Source: an uncultured Pseudohongiella sp.
GTDB lineage: Bacteria; Pseudomonadota; Gammaproteobacteria; Pseudomonadales; Pseudohongiellaceae
DNA length: 64,000 nucleotides
Direction: 5' to 3'
NCBI GenBank assembly: GCA_964592245.1
Contig: CAZQFA010000011.1
Span: forward strand, 2,353 to 66,352
The first letter of the stretch is position 1. Each line of letters starts with the position of its first letter. Positions 31,498 to 42,028 of the stretch are shown here, one piece after another. The notes below the pieces were generated by a model. It ran no database searches, was not told the origin of the DNA, and saw only the letters and a list, made by a program, of their open reading frames with translations. The position numbers and the translations under genes are program-made.

Positions 31498-31532
31498 AAA
31501 ACACCTTTCGTAGGGAATTATTGGTGTTTTTT
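31498..31532 (+). terminator. candidate intrinsic terminator after asd
   Basis: AAAACACC (31498-31505), 17-nt loop, GGTGTTTT (31523-31530) followed by TT. A stronger 9-bp hairpin GGGCTCATC-gtctt-GATGAGTCC lies at 31436-31458. The AT-rich stem and long loop make this tentative. Confidence 0.35.
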
Positions 31533-31565
31533 GATAGTGCTGCTGCGCGATGAGAACAAGGGATC

Positions 31566-34500
31566 ATGCTACGAAAATCCGTCGTCATTCTGGCCATGCT
31601 GATGTGCAGTATGGCGACTCAGGTTTTTGCCCTGGGGCTGGGCAGGGTCACCGTAGAATCCGCACTCAACGAGCCATTGCGCGTTCGTATTGAAGTCATC
31701 CAGCTTGGCGAAACACGGCTGGACGATGTCACAGTGCAAATGGCGTCACTGGATGATTTCCAGCGCTTCAACATCGACCGGGTCGGTTTTCTCTCCAATA
31801 TCCGCTTTCGCATAGAGTCGACCGCGCAGGGCAACTTTGTTGTCCTGACTTCCAATCAGATTGTCCGCGAACCCTATCTTAGCTTTATTCTCGACACCCG
31901 CTGGCCTAACGGCAGGCTGCTGAGTGAGCACACCGTGTTGTTGGACTTGCCGGTATTTAACCAGCAAAACCAGCCGGCGACTCCAGTACAACCGCCGGTC
32001 AGTCCGCTCAATCAGGCGCCGGCACAGCCGCAGCCAGCCATCGTTGAACCCGAACGCACGCCAACTCCGCCGCCGGCAGTAACCCCGGCCGAAGTAGACA
32101 CTGCGCCCGCAGAGCCCGTCGAACAAGCGCCCGAGACTGAAGAACCGGTAGAGCAAGCGCCTGAAGAAGTGCCGGCAGCTGTTGCACCTGAAGTCGACGA
32201 GGAAGATGCCGCTGCAGCCGAAGAATCCGAGCTTGCGGTAGAACCGGAAGTGGAGACTGCCCCAGTCGCGCAGGCAGAGCCCGAGCCAGAAACTGAGCCA
32301 GTGGGGGTCGATGAAACGCCGGCAGAACCGGAAACCATTGAAACCAGTCCCAATGACACGCTGACGGACATCGCCTTACAGGTGCGTCCCAATAACAACG
32401 TCTCTCTGCAGCAAACCATGCTGGCCATTCAGCGACTGAACCCGGATGCGTTTATTGACGGCAACATTAACCGTCTGCGCAGCGGTGAAGTCCTGCGCGT
32501 GCCGCAGCTTGCCGACGTGCAGGAGATCACTGCGGCGGAAGCAATTTCAGAGATCAACCGACAGAATCAGGAATTCGCTGATCTGCAGCCGTTAGCTGCA
32601 CCTGCCGCCGAGCCTGCCGCTGCTGACAATGCGCAAGACGGCGAATTGAGTGTGGTCACGGACACAGGTGATGCAGACAGTGCCGGTGTTGCCAATGATG
32701 CCGATATCGATGCCCTGGACCAACGCATTGCCGAGTTGGAGAACACGCTGGCGCTGCAGCAGGAAGAGGCTGATCGGGCGCGCATTCAGCGCGAGGAACT
32801 GGAATCGCGACTGGCGGACCTGGATGAACAAATCGCTGCCGCTCAGGAGATCATCCGGCTGCAGGATTTGCAATTAGCCCAGTTACAAGAGTCGCTGGCT
32901 AATGCCGCCGCCGAGGCGGAAGCCGAAGCAGCTGCCGCGGCAGCCCAGCAAGCTGCTATTGCCGCAGCAGAAGCAGAGGCGCAGCAGCTGGCAGCCCGCA
33001 ATGGCGGCCTTATGAACGACATTATGCGCATCCTGACCGGCAACATCATGCTCATGGCTTTTGCCGTTGTTCTGGTGATCCTGTTATTGGTGGTGTTGTT
33101 ATTGCGCCGTAATCGCAGTGACAAGCTGGAGCCCGCTGACGAGCTGGATGAATTGGCTGAGCAGGAATTCGATGCCGCCAGCGATGACGTCGTGGCGCCG
33201 GTGCTAGGCAAGCAGGATGACGACAATTTGGATGACGCCGACATGGATTCCGATGTGCTGGATTCCGAGCTCGACGACATTATTTCGGCGAACGATGATG
33301 ATGTCGATTTCGACATGGACTTCGAGCCGGAAGATGAGAGTAGTGAGAGTGTATTGGAAGAAGCGGCGGCATTGATAGCAGCGGCGAAGTTGGGTGAAGC
33401 CAATGCGTTGCTGCGTGGTGCCCTGGATGAAGACCCCGATGACATGGAAATGCGTCTCAAGCTGGCGGAGGTATTGGCCAAGCAGCAGGACAAGGAAGGC
33501 TTTGAAGCGCAGGCCGCACTGATCGCCGAAGCCAACCGTGGCGATCTGGATGTGGTCCTGGAGACATTACGCGACCAGTTTGTCGAAGATGCGTCACTGG
33601 AAGACAGTCAACCGCCGGTTGAAGAAGACCACACCAATGCTTTCCTCGATGATCTGGGTATCGACCTGGATGCCTTTGATGACGATGACGACATGCAGGG
33701 CTTTGCCGACAAGCCGGCTGCGCAAAGCGACAGCGCAGAAAGTGATGAAGAAAATGATGATGAGAGCTCTGATGAAGACTCTGATAAAGACTCTGATGAG
33801 AGCGAAGTAGATCAGGCTGGCGCAGCAGCCACTTCGGCAGCGGCCATTGATGACGATGACTTCGATCTTGCCTTCGATCTCGATGATGACGAAGAAAGTG
33901 ATAGCGAAAGCGAGCAAGAAGACAAACCCCGAGCTGGCGAAGAAGAAACAGACGCTTTTGAAATTTCTCTGGATGATGAATCCGACGCGAGCGATACGGC
34001 GGAGCTGGCGGCAGGCGACAGTAAGGACGCCAGCGATCTGGAGATTGAAACGTTCGCTTTTGACAGTGGCGATGCGGGTACAGAAAAACCCGAGGTCTCT
34101 GAATCGGAAGACGACCTGGAGCTGGAAACCTTCGAGTTCAGTACGGCTGATCTGAGTGACGACGAAGAACCGGTCGCGACTGCCAGTGATGACGCGGTTG
34201 CAGAAGATGATGACGATAATGCTATCGAATTTGCTTTCGACAAGAGTGAGATCGACTCCGCTCCCGAAGAGAGCAGTAGCGACGATCTCGAAACATTTGA
34301 TTTTGATCTCGACGACACTGTTATCGAGAAGCCTGCGCCCGAGGCGGCCAGTAAAACAGAATCATCGGAGAACGAAATCAGCTTTGATCTGGAAGACGAT
34401 GATCCCGATCCACTGACGTCTGGTAACACTGCAACAAGTACTGCCAGTGCAGCCGATGAAGACGACGATTTCGATTTCGATCTGGATGAGTTTGACGTCG

Positions 34501-34880
34501 ACGAGACCGAAACCCCCGACAAGTCTGCCAGCGGGCAAAGTAAATCGGCAGGCGGCAGCGCTGACGATACAGCAGATGACTTTTTTGATCTTGATGAAAT
34601 TGACTCCTCTGCAAGCAGTGATGCTGGAAATGACGACGGCGATGACGAGCTTGAAGATCTGGAGTTCCTGGCCGACGAAGATGACCTGGAAGTAGAGGAT
34701 TTGGAGCTGCTGTCAGACGATGATGAGGCGGCGACGAAGCTGGAATTGGCCTACGCCTATCAGAAGATGGGCGATGCCGAGGGAGCGCGTGAGATTCTCA
34801 AGGAGGTCGTGAAAGAGGGCAATGCGGATCAGGTGAAGGAAGCCGAAGGGTTGTTAGCCAGTCTGGATCAGCAAGGCTAA
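31566..34880 (+). CDS. fimV: FimV/HubP-family polar hub protein
   Basis: 1104 aa. Signal peptide, Pro/Glu-rich linker, LysM-like segment (DTLTDIALQV...LRSGEVLRVP), coiled coil, TM helix (IMLMAFAVVLVILLLVVLLL). Then a roughly 600-aa extremely acidic region and the FimV C-terminal TPR-like motif KLELAYAYQKMGDAEGAREILKEV. Synteny asd-fimV-truA as in Pseudomonas. Confidence 0.9.
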   Translation: MLRKSVVILAMLMCSMATQVFALGLGRVTVESALNEPLRVRIEVIQLGETRLDDVTVQMASLDDFQRFNIDRVGFLSNIRFRIESTAQGNFVVLTSNQIVREPYLSFILDTRWPNGRLLSEHTVLLDLPVFNQQNQPATPVQPPVSPLNQAPAQPQPAIVEPERTPTPPPAVTPAEVDTAPAEPVEQAPETEEPVEQAPEEVPAAVAPEVDEEDAAAAEESELAVEPEVETAPVAQAEPEPETEPVGVDETPAEPETIETSPNDTLTDIALQVRPNNNVSLQQTMLAIQRLNPDAFIDGNINRLRSGEVLRVPQLADVQEITAAEAISEINRQNQEFADLQPLAAPAAEPAAADNAQDGELSVVTDTGDADSAGVANDADIDALDQRIAELENTLALQQEEADRARIQREELESRLADLDEQIAAAQEIIRLQDLQLAQLQESLANAAAEAEAEAAAAAAQQAAIAAAEAEAQQLAARNGGLMNDIMRILTGNIMLMAFAVVLVILLLVVLLLRRNRSDKLEPADELDELAEQEFDAASDDVVAPVLGKQDDDNLDDADMDSDVLDSELDDIISANDDDVDFDMDFEPEDESSESVLEEAAALIAAAKLGEANALLRGALDEDPDDMEMRLKLAEVLAKQQDKEGFEAQAALIAEANRGDLDVVLETLRDQFVEDASLEDSQPPVEEDHTNAFLDDLGIDLDAFDDDDDMQGFADKPAAQSDSAESDEENDDESSDEDSDKDSDESEVDQAGAAATSAAAIDDDDFDLAFDLDDDEESDSESEQEDKPRAGEEETDAFEISLDDESDASDTAELAAGDSKDASDLEIETFAFDSGDAGTEKPEVSESEDDLELETFEFSTADLSDDEEPVATASDDAVAEDDDDNAIEFAFDKSEIDSAPEESSSDDLETFDFDLDDTVIEKPAPEAASKTESSENEISFDLEDDDPDPLTSGNTATSTASAADEDDDFDFDLDEFDVDETETPDKSASGQSKSAGGSADDTADDFFDLDEIDSSASSDAGNDDGDDELEDLEFLADEDDLEVEDLELLSDDDEAATKLELAYAYQKMGDAEGAREILKEVVKEGNADQVKEAEGLLASLDQQG

Positions 34881-34897
34881 CTTGTTCGCTGCCCCCA

Positions 34898-35746
34898 TTG
34901 AGTGACGATAACGTACATGCCGCCCGCCAGCGCATTGCCCTGGGAGTCGAATACGACGGCTCGGCTTTCAGTGGCTGGCAGAAACAACAATCTCCTGAAC
35001 TACCCACCGTGCAGGGTGCTCTCGAAAAAGCGCTCAGCAAAGTCGCCAATTGCCCTATAACGACCCTGTGTGCCGGACGCACGGATGCCGGTGTCCACGC
35101 TACCAGTCAGGTTGTGCATTTTGATACACCCATTGATCGTGGCACGAAGGCGTGGACCCAGGGCGTCAACAGTCTGTTGCCGAGAACGGTGCGGGTATTG
35201 TGGGCGCAGCCGGTTGCCAGTGATTTTCATGCGCGTTTTAGCGCCTTGGCGCGTCGCTATCATTACGTGATCTTGCAACGAGACACCGAGTCGGCGCTGC
35301 TGGCAGGCAAAGTGACTCCCATGCGTCAGCAGCTGGACGTTGCGGCCATGCACGAGGCGGCGCAATTTTTACTGGGTGAGCAGGACTTTTCCTCATTCCG
35401 TGCCGCTGGCTGTCAATCCAACACTGCCAATCGTAACGTACACCATGCCAGGGTCGCGCAGTGTGGCCCCTTTGTTATTCTGGATATTCAGGCAAATGCC
35501 TTTTTGCAGCACATGGTGCGCAATATCGCCGGCAGTCTGCTGGATATCGGCCACGGCAAACAGCCGGTGGAGTGGTTACAGGAATTGTTGCAGGCCAGGG
35601 ACCGGACACTGGCAAGCATGACGGCCCCGGCCGATGGCCTCTACCTGACCTCGGTAAAATACCCGGCAGAGGCGGAGTTACCACCAAGCCTTAATTTGCC
35701 TCCGGTACTGTTGGTCACTGGCCTCGATTCGAGCCAGTCACGCTGA
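34898..35746 (+). CDS. truA: tRNA pseudouridine(38-40) synthase
   Basis: 282 aa with IALGVEYDGSAFSGWQKQ and catalytic CAGRTDAGVHA. Confidence 0.94.
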   Translation: MSDDNVHAARQRIALGVEYDGSAFSGWQKQQSPELPTVQGALEKALSKVANCPITTLCAGRTDAGVHATSQVVHFDTPIDRGTKAWTQGVNSLLPRTVRVLWAQPVASDFHARFSALARRYHYVILQRDTESALLAGKVTPMRQQLDVAAMHEAAQFLLGEQDFSSFRAAGCQSNTANRNVHHARVAQCGPFVILDIQANAFLQHMVRNIAGSLLDIGHGKQPVEWLQELLQARDRTLASMTAPADGLYLTSVKYPAEAELPPSLNLPPVLLVTGLDSSQSR

Positions 35747-35849
35747 CAGTTGCGCTCTATAAAGCGATGGATTGCCTTGCAGCGCTGTAGAGTTGGCTGA
35801 ATCCGGGGGATTTTTGCTAGAATAGGCGTTTAGCGAGCCTATACCCACC

Positions 35850-36485
35850 TTGACAAAACTCTGGATAAAAATCTGCGGAATTACTCGAGCCGAGGACGCT
35901 GCCGCTGCCGTGGAGCAGGGTGCTGATGCGGTAGGCGCGGTGTTCTATCCTGCCAGCAAGCGCGCTGTGAGCGTTGAGCAATTGCCGGACATTTTTGGCG
36001 CCGTGCCAGACCATGTGCAACGCGTTGCCTTGTTTGTTAATCCGCAGCGAGAACTGGTAGATCGTGTTTGTGCCAGTGGCATGATCGACTGGTTACAGTT
36101 TCATGGCAGTGAGTCTGTGGCATTTTGTGAGTCCTTTGCGCGTCCTTACGTCAAGGCAATTCATATGGAGCCGGACACCGATGCTGCAGCGCTGGCTAAT
36201 CTTTACACATCGGCCGAATTCATTCTGCTAGACAAGTATGACAAAGAGGCGCCAGGTGGCACAGGCAAAACATTTGACTGGGAGGCGCTGGCGGCGACTC
36301 GCGATCAGTTTGCAGGCAATGTTGTACTGGCTGGCGGTTTGACTGCGGAGAATGTTGGCACTGCCGTTCGGGTTGTACGGCCCGATGGCGTCGACGTCAG
36401 CACGGGAGTTGAACAGAGTCCCGGCATTAAAGACAGACAGAAAATTAAGGCATTTATTGAAGGAGCCCGTAGTGGCGAACGTTGA
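35850..36485 (+). CDS. trpF: N-(5'-phosphoribosyl)anthranilate isomerase
   Basis: 211 aa, starting [11 protein letters not shown], then [10 protein letters not shown] and GVDVSTGVE. Followed by trpB and trpA. Confidence 0.9.
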   Translation: MTKLWIKICGITRAEDAAAAVEQGADAVGAVFYPASKRAVSVEQLPDIFGAVPDHVQRVALFVNPQRELVDRVCASGMIDWLQFHGSESVAFCESFARPYVKAIHMEPDTDAAALANLYTSAEFILLDKYDKEAPGGTGKTFDWEALAATRDQFAGNVVLAGGLTAENVGTAVRVVRPDGVDVSTGVEQSPGIKDRQKIKAFIEGARSGER

Positions 36486-37692
36486 ATTTGAAGATATCGG
36501 TTTCGATGGTCCGGATGCGAAAGGGCATTTTGGACCATACGGTGGAATATTCGTCGGCGAGACTTTGATCGCTGCAGTTGAAGAGCTGGCAGAAGTCTAT
36601 GCCGAGCTTTCTAGAGATCCGGCATTCTGGGAAGAGTTCAACTTTGAGCTGAAACATTACGTCGGTCGACCTTCGCCGCTCTATCACGCGCGACGCCTGA
36701 CGGAAAGTGTCGGCGGGGCACAGCTGTATTTAAAGCGCGAGGATCTGAATCATACTGGCGCACACAAGGTGAACAACACCATTGGTCAGGCGCTATTGGC
36801 CCGGCGCATGGGCAAGACACGACTGATTGCTGAAACCGGTGCCGGTCAACATGGCGTGGCCAGTGCTACCGTCGCTGCACGACTGGGGCTGGAGTGCCAT
36901 GTGTATATGGGTGCCGAAGATGTGGTGCGTCAGGCGCCCAATGTGTATCGCATGAAATTGCTCGGCGCCAATGTCGTCCCCGTGGAGTCCGGTTCACGTA
37001 CTCTGAAGGATGCCATGAACGAAGCCTTGCGCGACTGGGCCACCAATGTGGATAACACTTATTATATTATCGGCACCGTTGCCGGACCGCATCCCTATCC
37101 GCAACTGGTGCGTGATTTTCAATGCGTAATCGGTCGCGAGACACGCATGCAGTCGATGGAGCAGATCGGTCAGTTGCCGGATGCGCTGGTTGCTTGTGTG
37201 GGTGGTGGCTCCAATGCCATCGGTATGTTCCATCCCTTCCTCAAGGATGCTGATGTCGCCATGTATGGCGTCGAAGCCGGTGGCGAAGGGCTCGATACCG
37301 GCAAACATGCCGCCCCCTTGTCGGCTGGCAAGCCCGGCGTGTTGCACGGTAATCGGACTTATCTGATGAGCGATCCGGCGGGTCAGATTATGGAGACACA
37401 CTCGGTGTCAGCCGGTCTGGACTATCCGGGTGTCGGCCCAGAGCATTCCTGGTTGAAGGATTCCAGGCGGGTGAACTATGTGGCCGCCACTGACAGTGAC
37501 GCCATGGCAGCGTTTCACAAACTGACGCGTCTGGAAGGCATTATTCCGGCGCTGGAATCGAGTCACGCGGTAGCCTATGCCCTGAAACTGGCAGCGACCA
37601 TGCGTCCCGATCAGCATATTGTCATTAATCTTTCCGGTCGCGGCGACAAGGATATTGAGACTGTTGCCCGTATTGAAGGCATCAAACTTTGA
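36472..37692 (+). CDS. trpB: tryptophan synthase beta chain
   Basis: GTG 36472 with AGGAG 6 nt upstream, overlapping the trpF end by 14 nt. [11 protein letters not shown] start region and PLP lysine motif [11 protein letters not shown]. About 406 aa. The ORF-track start 36352 lies inside trpF and is unlikely. Confidence 0.95.
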   Translation: MANVEFEDIGFDGPDAKGHFGPYGGIFVGETLIAAVEELAEVYAELSRDPAFWEEFNFELKHYVGRPSPLYHARRLTESVGGAQLYLKREDLNHTGAHKVNNTIGQALLARRMGKTRLIAETGAGQHGVASATVAARLGLECHVYMGAEDVVRQAPNVYRMKLLGANVVPVESGSRTLKDAMNEALRDWATNVDNTYYIIGTVAGPHPYPQLVRDFQCVIGRETRMQSMEQIGQLPDALVACVGGGSNAIGMFHPFLKDADVAMYGVEAGGEGLDTGKHAAPLSAGKPGVLHGNRTYLMSDPAGQIMETHSVSAGLDYPGVGPEHSWLKDSRRVNYVAATDSDAMAAFHKLTRLEGIIPALESSHAVAYALKLAATMRPDQHIVINLSGRGDKDIETVARIEGIKL

Positions 37693-37723
37693 GTCCGCTG
37701 GCGCAAACAGGAATTTCGCAGCC

Positions 37724-38542
37724 ATGAGCAGAATACATACCGTTTGCGAGCAAGCCGCCAAATCCGGCCGCAAGCTCGTTATTCCCTATATCGTTGCCGG
37801 TGATCCGGACACAGATGCGTCGCTCGCTCTCATGCACAAGCTGGTGGAGCAGGGCGCCGATATCATCGAATTGGGCATTCCGTTCAGTGATCCATCTTCT
37901 GATGGTCCGGTGATTCAGCGTGGCGTCGAACGTGCTTTGGCAGGAGGAACCACGCTGCGCGACACGCTCGCGCTGGTGAGCCAATTCCGTGAGCAGAACC
38001 GCGATACACCGATTGTGCTGATGGGCTACCTCAACCCGATTGAGATTATGGGTTATGAGGAGTTCGTTGCAGCTGCCACCACTGCGGGAATCGATGGTGT
38101 CTTGACTGTGGACATGCCGCCAGCGGAATCGAGCGTGCTACATGCCATGCTGCGTGACGCTAATATCGACACTATCTACCTGGTTGCCCCAACGACGACG
38201 GCTGCACGCGCTGCCTCCATTGTTGAACACTCCAGTGGCTATCTGTATTACGTATCCCTGAAGGGGGTGACCGGCGCCGCATTGATCGATCATGACTCGG
38301 TCGCCAGCAAGATTAGCGAGCTGAAGGCGCTGTCGGCACTGCCAGTGATGATCGGCTTCGGTATTAAAGACGGGGCCAGTGCCGCGGCCATGGCGAAACT
38401 GGCTGATGGCGTGATAATCGGCAGTGCACTGGTGGACAAGGTGGCTGGCTTGCAACGAGGCGAGCAGCCGACTGCCGAGCAATTAGCGGCAATTACCGAG
38501 GTGATCGCGGTAGCAAGACAGGCCGTCGATACACTAGAATAA
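37724..38542 (+). CDS. trpA: tryptophan synthase alpha chain
   Basis: ATG 37724 (MSRIHTVCEQ...) gives about 272 aa. Hallmark ELGIPFSDPSSDGPVIQ and GFGI. Confidence 0.94.
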   Translation: MSRIHTVCEQAAKSGRKLVIPYIVAGDPDTDASLALMHKLVEQGADIIELGIPFSDPSSDGPVIQRGVERALAGGTTLRDTLALVSQFREQNRDTPIVLMGYLNPIEIMGYEEFVAAATTAGIDGVLTVDMPPAESSVLHAMLRDANIDTIYLVAPTTTAARAASIVEHSSGYLYYVSLKGVTGAALIDHDSVASKISELKALSALPVMIGFGIKDGASAAAMAKLADGVIIGSALVDKVAGLQRGEQPTAEQLAAITEVIAVARQAVDTLE

Positions 38543-38571
38543 GCAAACTATCTCATTGAAATTAAAAGGGA

Positions 38572-39465
38572 TTGGAATTGAGCTGGATTGACAAGATTTT
38601 ACCCTCGATCAGCACCACTGGCGGCGAAAGCAAGCGCAGTGCGGTGCCGGAAGGGGTCTGGAAAAAATGCCCGCGTTGCGACGCCATGCTGTATCAGAAA
38701 TCGCTGGCGGAGAATCATGACGTCTGCCCGAAATGCGATCATCACTTGCGCATCACCGCGCGCCGCCGGCTCGAGCTGTTTCTCGATGCCGACCACCGCT
38801 CCGAACTCAGCGCCGACCTTGAACCGGTTGATATCCTCAAGTTCAAGGACCTCAAGCGCTATAAAGACCGTCTGAGCACAGCCCAGAAAGGCACCGGCGA
38901 GAAAGACGCCCTGATCGTGATGAAAGGTCGCGTCAATGAAGTGCCGGTGGTGGTCGCTGCCTTTGAATTCGGCTTCATCGGCGGTTCCATGGGCGCCGTC
39001 GTCGGCGAGAAGTTTATCCGCGCAGTGAACACCTGTATCCGCGAGAAGCTGCCCTTGATCTGTTTCTCCACCAGTGGTGGAGCCCGTATGCAGGAAGCGC
39101 TGGTGTCGCTGATGCAGATGGCCAAGACTTCTGCGGCGCTGGAGCGCATGAAGCAGAATTCTTTGCCTTATATCTCCGTGCTGGTGGACCCGGTTTACGG
39201 CGGAGTGTCTGCCAGTCTCGCCATGTTGGGCGATATCAATATCGCCGAGCCGAACGCTCTGGTCGGCTTCACCGGGCCGGATGTTATTCGCCAGACTGTG
39301 CGCGTGAAGTTGCCTGAAGGCTTTCAGCGCAGTGAATTCCTGCTGGAACATGGCGCCATTGACATGATCGTGCACCGCCGCGAATTACGCGACCGCATTG
39401 CCGCGATTCTGCGCAAGTTAATGCATCACCAGCATACGGTTACTCCTGCCCCGAGCGATGAGTGA
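38572..39465 (+). CDS. accD: acetyl-CoA carboxylase carboxyltransferase beta subunit
   Basis: N-terminal zinc ribbon CPRCDAMLY...CPKCDHH, then GGSMG and SGGARMQE. Confidence 0.95.
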   Translation: MELSWIDKILPSISTTGGESKRSAVPEGVWKKCPRCDAMLYQKSLAENHDVCPKCDHHLRITARRRLELFLDADHRSELSADLEPVDILKFKDLKRYKDRLSTAQKGTGEKDALIVMKGRVNEVPVVVAAFEFGFIGGSMGAVVGEKFIRAVNTCIREKLPLICFSTSGGARMQEALVSLMQMAKTSAALERMKQNSLPYISVLVDPVYGGVSASLAMLGDINIAEPNALVGFTGPDVIRQTVRVKLPEGFQRSEFLLEHGAIDMIVHRRELRDRIAAILRKLMHHQHTVTPAPSDE

Positions 39466-40777
39466 CGCGCCCGATAACGCGGCTACCCTGGAAGACTGGC
39501 TGCGTTATATCGGGTCAGTGCATCCACGGACCATTGAACTGGGTCTGGACAGAAGTCGGCAGGTGCTGAGGCGATTGGCGCTGGGCCGACTGGCGCCGAC
39601 AGTGATTACAGTCGCTGGCACCAATGGCAAAGGGTCTTGCGTCGCCGGTATCGAGTTTGTACTACGGCAGCAGGGGCTGCGCACCGGCGCTTATACCTCT
39701 CCCCATCTGCAAGTATTCAACGAACGCGTTCGCCTCAATGGCGAGAATGCCTCCGACGCTGCGCTGATAGCGGCTCTTGCGGCGGTTGATGCGCAGCGAC
39801 AAGACATCACACTGAGTTATTTCGAATACGCGACGCTGGCGGCTTTTGTGCTGTTTGCCGAAGCGGAGCTCGATGCAGTGGTATTGGAAGTGGGGCTGGG
39901 TGGGCGCCTGGACGCCGTCAACCTGATAGATGCAGATCTGGCAGTCATTACCAGTATCAGTATCGACCATGTGGATTGGCTGGGTGATGACCGGGAAGGC
40001 ATCGGCTTTGAAAAAGCCGGCATTGCCAGAACAGGCTGCCCGCTGGTGTGTGCCGATCGCGATTTGCCGCAGAGTATCCGCCAGCATGCCGAAGACATCG
40101 CCGCGCCACTGTATGCCATTGGCGAGGCGTTCGATCTGCAGCGCAGCGCCGAGGCCGGGCAGTGGCAATGGTCTGGCATCGACAGACAAGGGGACGACGC
40201 CACTGTTACCGCTATACCCGATGGTAATTTTCATCCCGAGAATTTGGCGGCAATACTGCAGGCGTTGTGTTTGCTGCAGCGGCTGCCGGCCAGGGCGCTG
40301 CTGGCGCGATTGGTGGCACTGCCGGTACCGGCACGCTTCGAGCGTCGTCTCGATCCGGACACAGGGCGCAATATCCTGCTGGATGTGGCTCATAATGCCG
40401 GTGGCGCGGTACGTCTGGCCGAGCGTTTGCGGGATTTACGGGCGCAGAACCAGGAAATTGGCCAGATTGCTGTAGTGCTGGCGGTGATGGCAGATAAAGA
40501 CCTTGAAAGCATGACGATGGCGTTACAATCCGCGGTCGACATCTGGTATATTGCGCAGGTCGAAGAAGAGCGTTGTATGCCTGCTCGAGAAGCGGCACAA
40601 AGAGTCCAGAAACTCGTCAAGAACGCCGAAATACAGCATTTTCCGTCGGTCACTGAGGCCTACAGCATGGCACTGCAACGCAGCCAACCCGATGACCTGA
40701 TTGTGGTCACTGGTTCGTTCTACACCGTTGCCGCCATCCGTGATACCAGTGTCCCCATAGTTATAAAGCCAGAATAG
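39458..40777 (+). CDS. folC: bifunctional folylpolyglutamate synthase / dihydrofolate synthase
   Basis: 439 aa with P-loop [20 protein letters not shown] and LLDVAHN. Overlaps the accD stop by 8 nt. Synteny accD-folC. Confidence 0.93.
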   Translation: MSDAPDNAATLEDWLRYIGSVHPRTIELGLDRSRQVLRRLALGRLAPTVITVAGTNGKGSCVAGIEFVLRQQGLRTGAYTSPHLQVFNERVRLNGENASDAALIAALAAVDAQRQDITLSYFEYATLAAFVLFAEAELDAVVLEVGLGGRLDAVNLIDADLAVITSISIDHVDWLGDDREGIGFEKAGIARTGCPLVCADRDLPQSIRQHAEDIAAPLYAIGEAFDLQRSAEAGQWQWSGIDRQGDDATVTAIPDGNFHPENLAAILQALCLLQRLPARALLARLVALPVPARFERRLDPDTGRNILLDVAHNAGGAVRLAERLRDLRAQNQEIGQIAVVLAVMADKDLESMTMALQSAVDIWYIAQVEEERCMPAREAAQRVQKLVKNAEIQHFPSVTEAYSMALQRSQPDDLIVVTGSFYTVAAIRDTSVPIVIKPE

Positions 40778-40843
40778 CCACGTGCTAAGCCAATCATCCC
40801 ATTCGACGCGCTGCTGCATGCATAGAATCCGGAATTCAGCAGA

Positions 40844-41491
40844 TTGAAACAGGAAACCAAACAACGCATTGTCGGTGCCATCGTCCTGCTTTGTCTGGCA
40901 CTGATTTTCCTGCCCATCCTTTTCGATGGAGAAGGTAGCTATCAGGTCCCTGTCACCAGTCGTATTCCTGATCCACCCGTGGTGCCGGCGATGCCTGAAC
41001 CGGTCCCGACACGACCGGTGATAGTGAATGAGCCGCCTGCGCAAGCGCAAGAGCCAGAACCAATAGCCACGCAAGAGAGTGACGCTGAGCCCGCTGTCGC
41101 CGATACAGTCAGTACCGAAACAGTCAGTGCCGAGCCGGACAGCGACGAGCCTGCTGCTGATGCGGCAGAGCCGGAAGTGGCCGTGGTGGAGTCGCAACCG
41201 GCTTTTTCTCGCGAGGCACCTGCACTGAATGAAGATGGTCTGCCGGAAGGCTGGAGTGTCCGTCTTGGCGCCTTTTCCGATGCTGCCAATGCCAGCAACT
41301 TGCTGCAACGCTTGCAGGATTCCGGCTACAAGGCCTACAGCCAGACCAGCAGTAACGCGCAGGGCGAGCTGACCGTGGTCTATGTGGGACCCTGGCTGGA
41401 ACGGGGGCTGGCTGAGGACTACCTGCAGGAATTGCAGCAGCAGTTCCAGCTGGCAGGCATGGTCGTGCGCTATGAACTACAGCGGTTATAG
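40844..41491 (+). CDS. dedD: SPOR-domain cell-division protein (DedD-like)
   Basis: 215 aa. TM anchor (IVGAIVLLCLALIFLPILF), Pro/Glu-rich linker, C-terminal SPOR-like WSVRLGAFSDAANASNLLQRLQDSGYKAY. Position between folC and cvpA as in E. coli. Confidence 0.8.
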   Translation: MKQETKQRIVGAIVLLCLALIFLPILFDGEGSYQVPVTSRIPDPPVVPAMPEPVPTRPVIVNEPPAQAQEPEPIATQESDAEPAVADTVSTETVSAEPDSDEPAADAAEPEVAVVESQPAFSREAPALNEDGLPEGWSVRLGAFSDAANASNLLQRLQDSGYKAYSQTSSNAQGELTVVYVGPWLERGLAEDYLQELQQQFQLAGMVVRYELQRL

Positions 41492-41494
41492 AGC

Positions 41495-42010
41495 TTGAAC
41501 CCGGAATTGTCGTTGAATGCAGTCGATGCCGCGATTATCGCGGCGACAGTCATTTCCTGCCTTTTCGGCCTGTGGCGGGGATTGATCAAGGAAGTGCTGT
41601 CTTTATTGACCTGGATCGCAGCTTTACTGGTCGCCCGGATTTACAGTGAGCCACTGGCGGATGCCATGGCTGGCGTCATCAGTAGCAGTGGCGTGCGTTA
41701 TGTGACCGCATTTGCCGTGATTTTCGTGGTCATCATGATGATTGGCACGCTGCTCAACCATTTCATGTCCAAGCTGATGAATTTGTCCGGACTGAAAATG
41801 ATGGATCGTCTGCTGGGTGGTGTATTCGGCATTGCCCGCGGTGTGGTGATCGTACTGGTGATTATCTTTATCACCGGGGCTTTTGTGTCCGAGACAGCGC
41901 TGTGGCAGGAATCGATGCTGATTCCCCATGGACAAGCAATAATTGAATGGTCGCGCCTGTTCATTGGCGACTCTGGCGGTATGGCAACGGGGTTAACCCC
42001 CCAGAATTAA
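41495..42010 (+). CDS. cvpA: colicin V production protein CvpA family membrane protein
   Basis: 171 aa, four TM helices, N-terminal pattern VDAAIIAATVISCLFGLWRGLIKEVLSLLTW similar to E. coli CvpA. Upstream of purF. Start could be TTG 41513. Confidence 0.85.
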   Translation: MNPELSLNAVDAAIIAATVISCLFGLWRGLIKEVLSLLTWIAALLVARIYSEPLADAMAGVISSSGVRYVTAFAVIFVVIMMIGTLLNHFMSKLMNLSGLKMMDRLLGGVFGIARGVVIVLVIIFITGAFVSETALWQESMLIPHGQAIIEWSRLFIGDSGGMATGLTPQN

Positions 42011-42028
42011 TCAACTACGGAGCAAACT

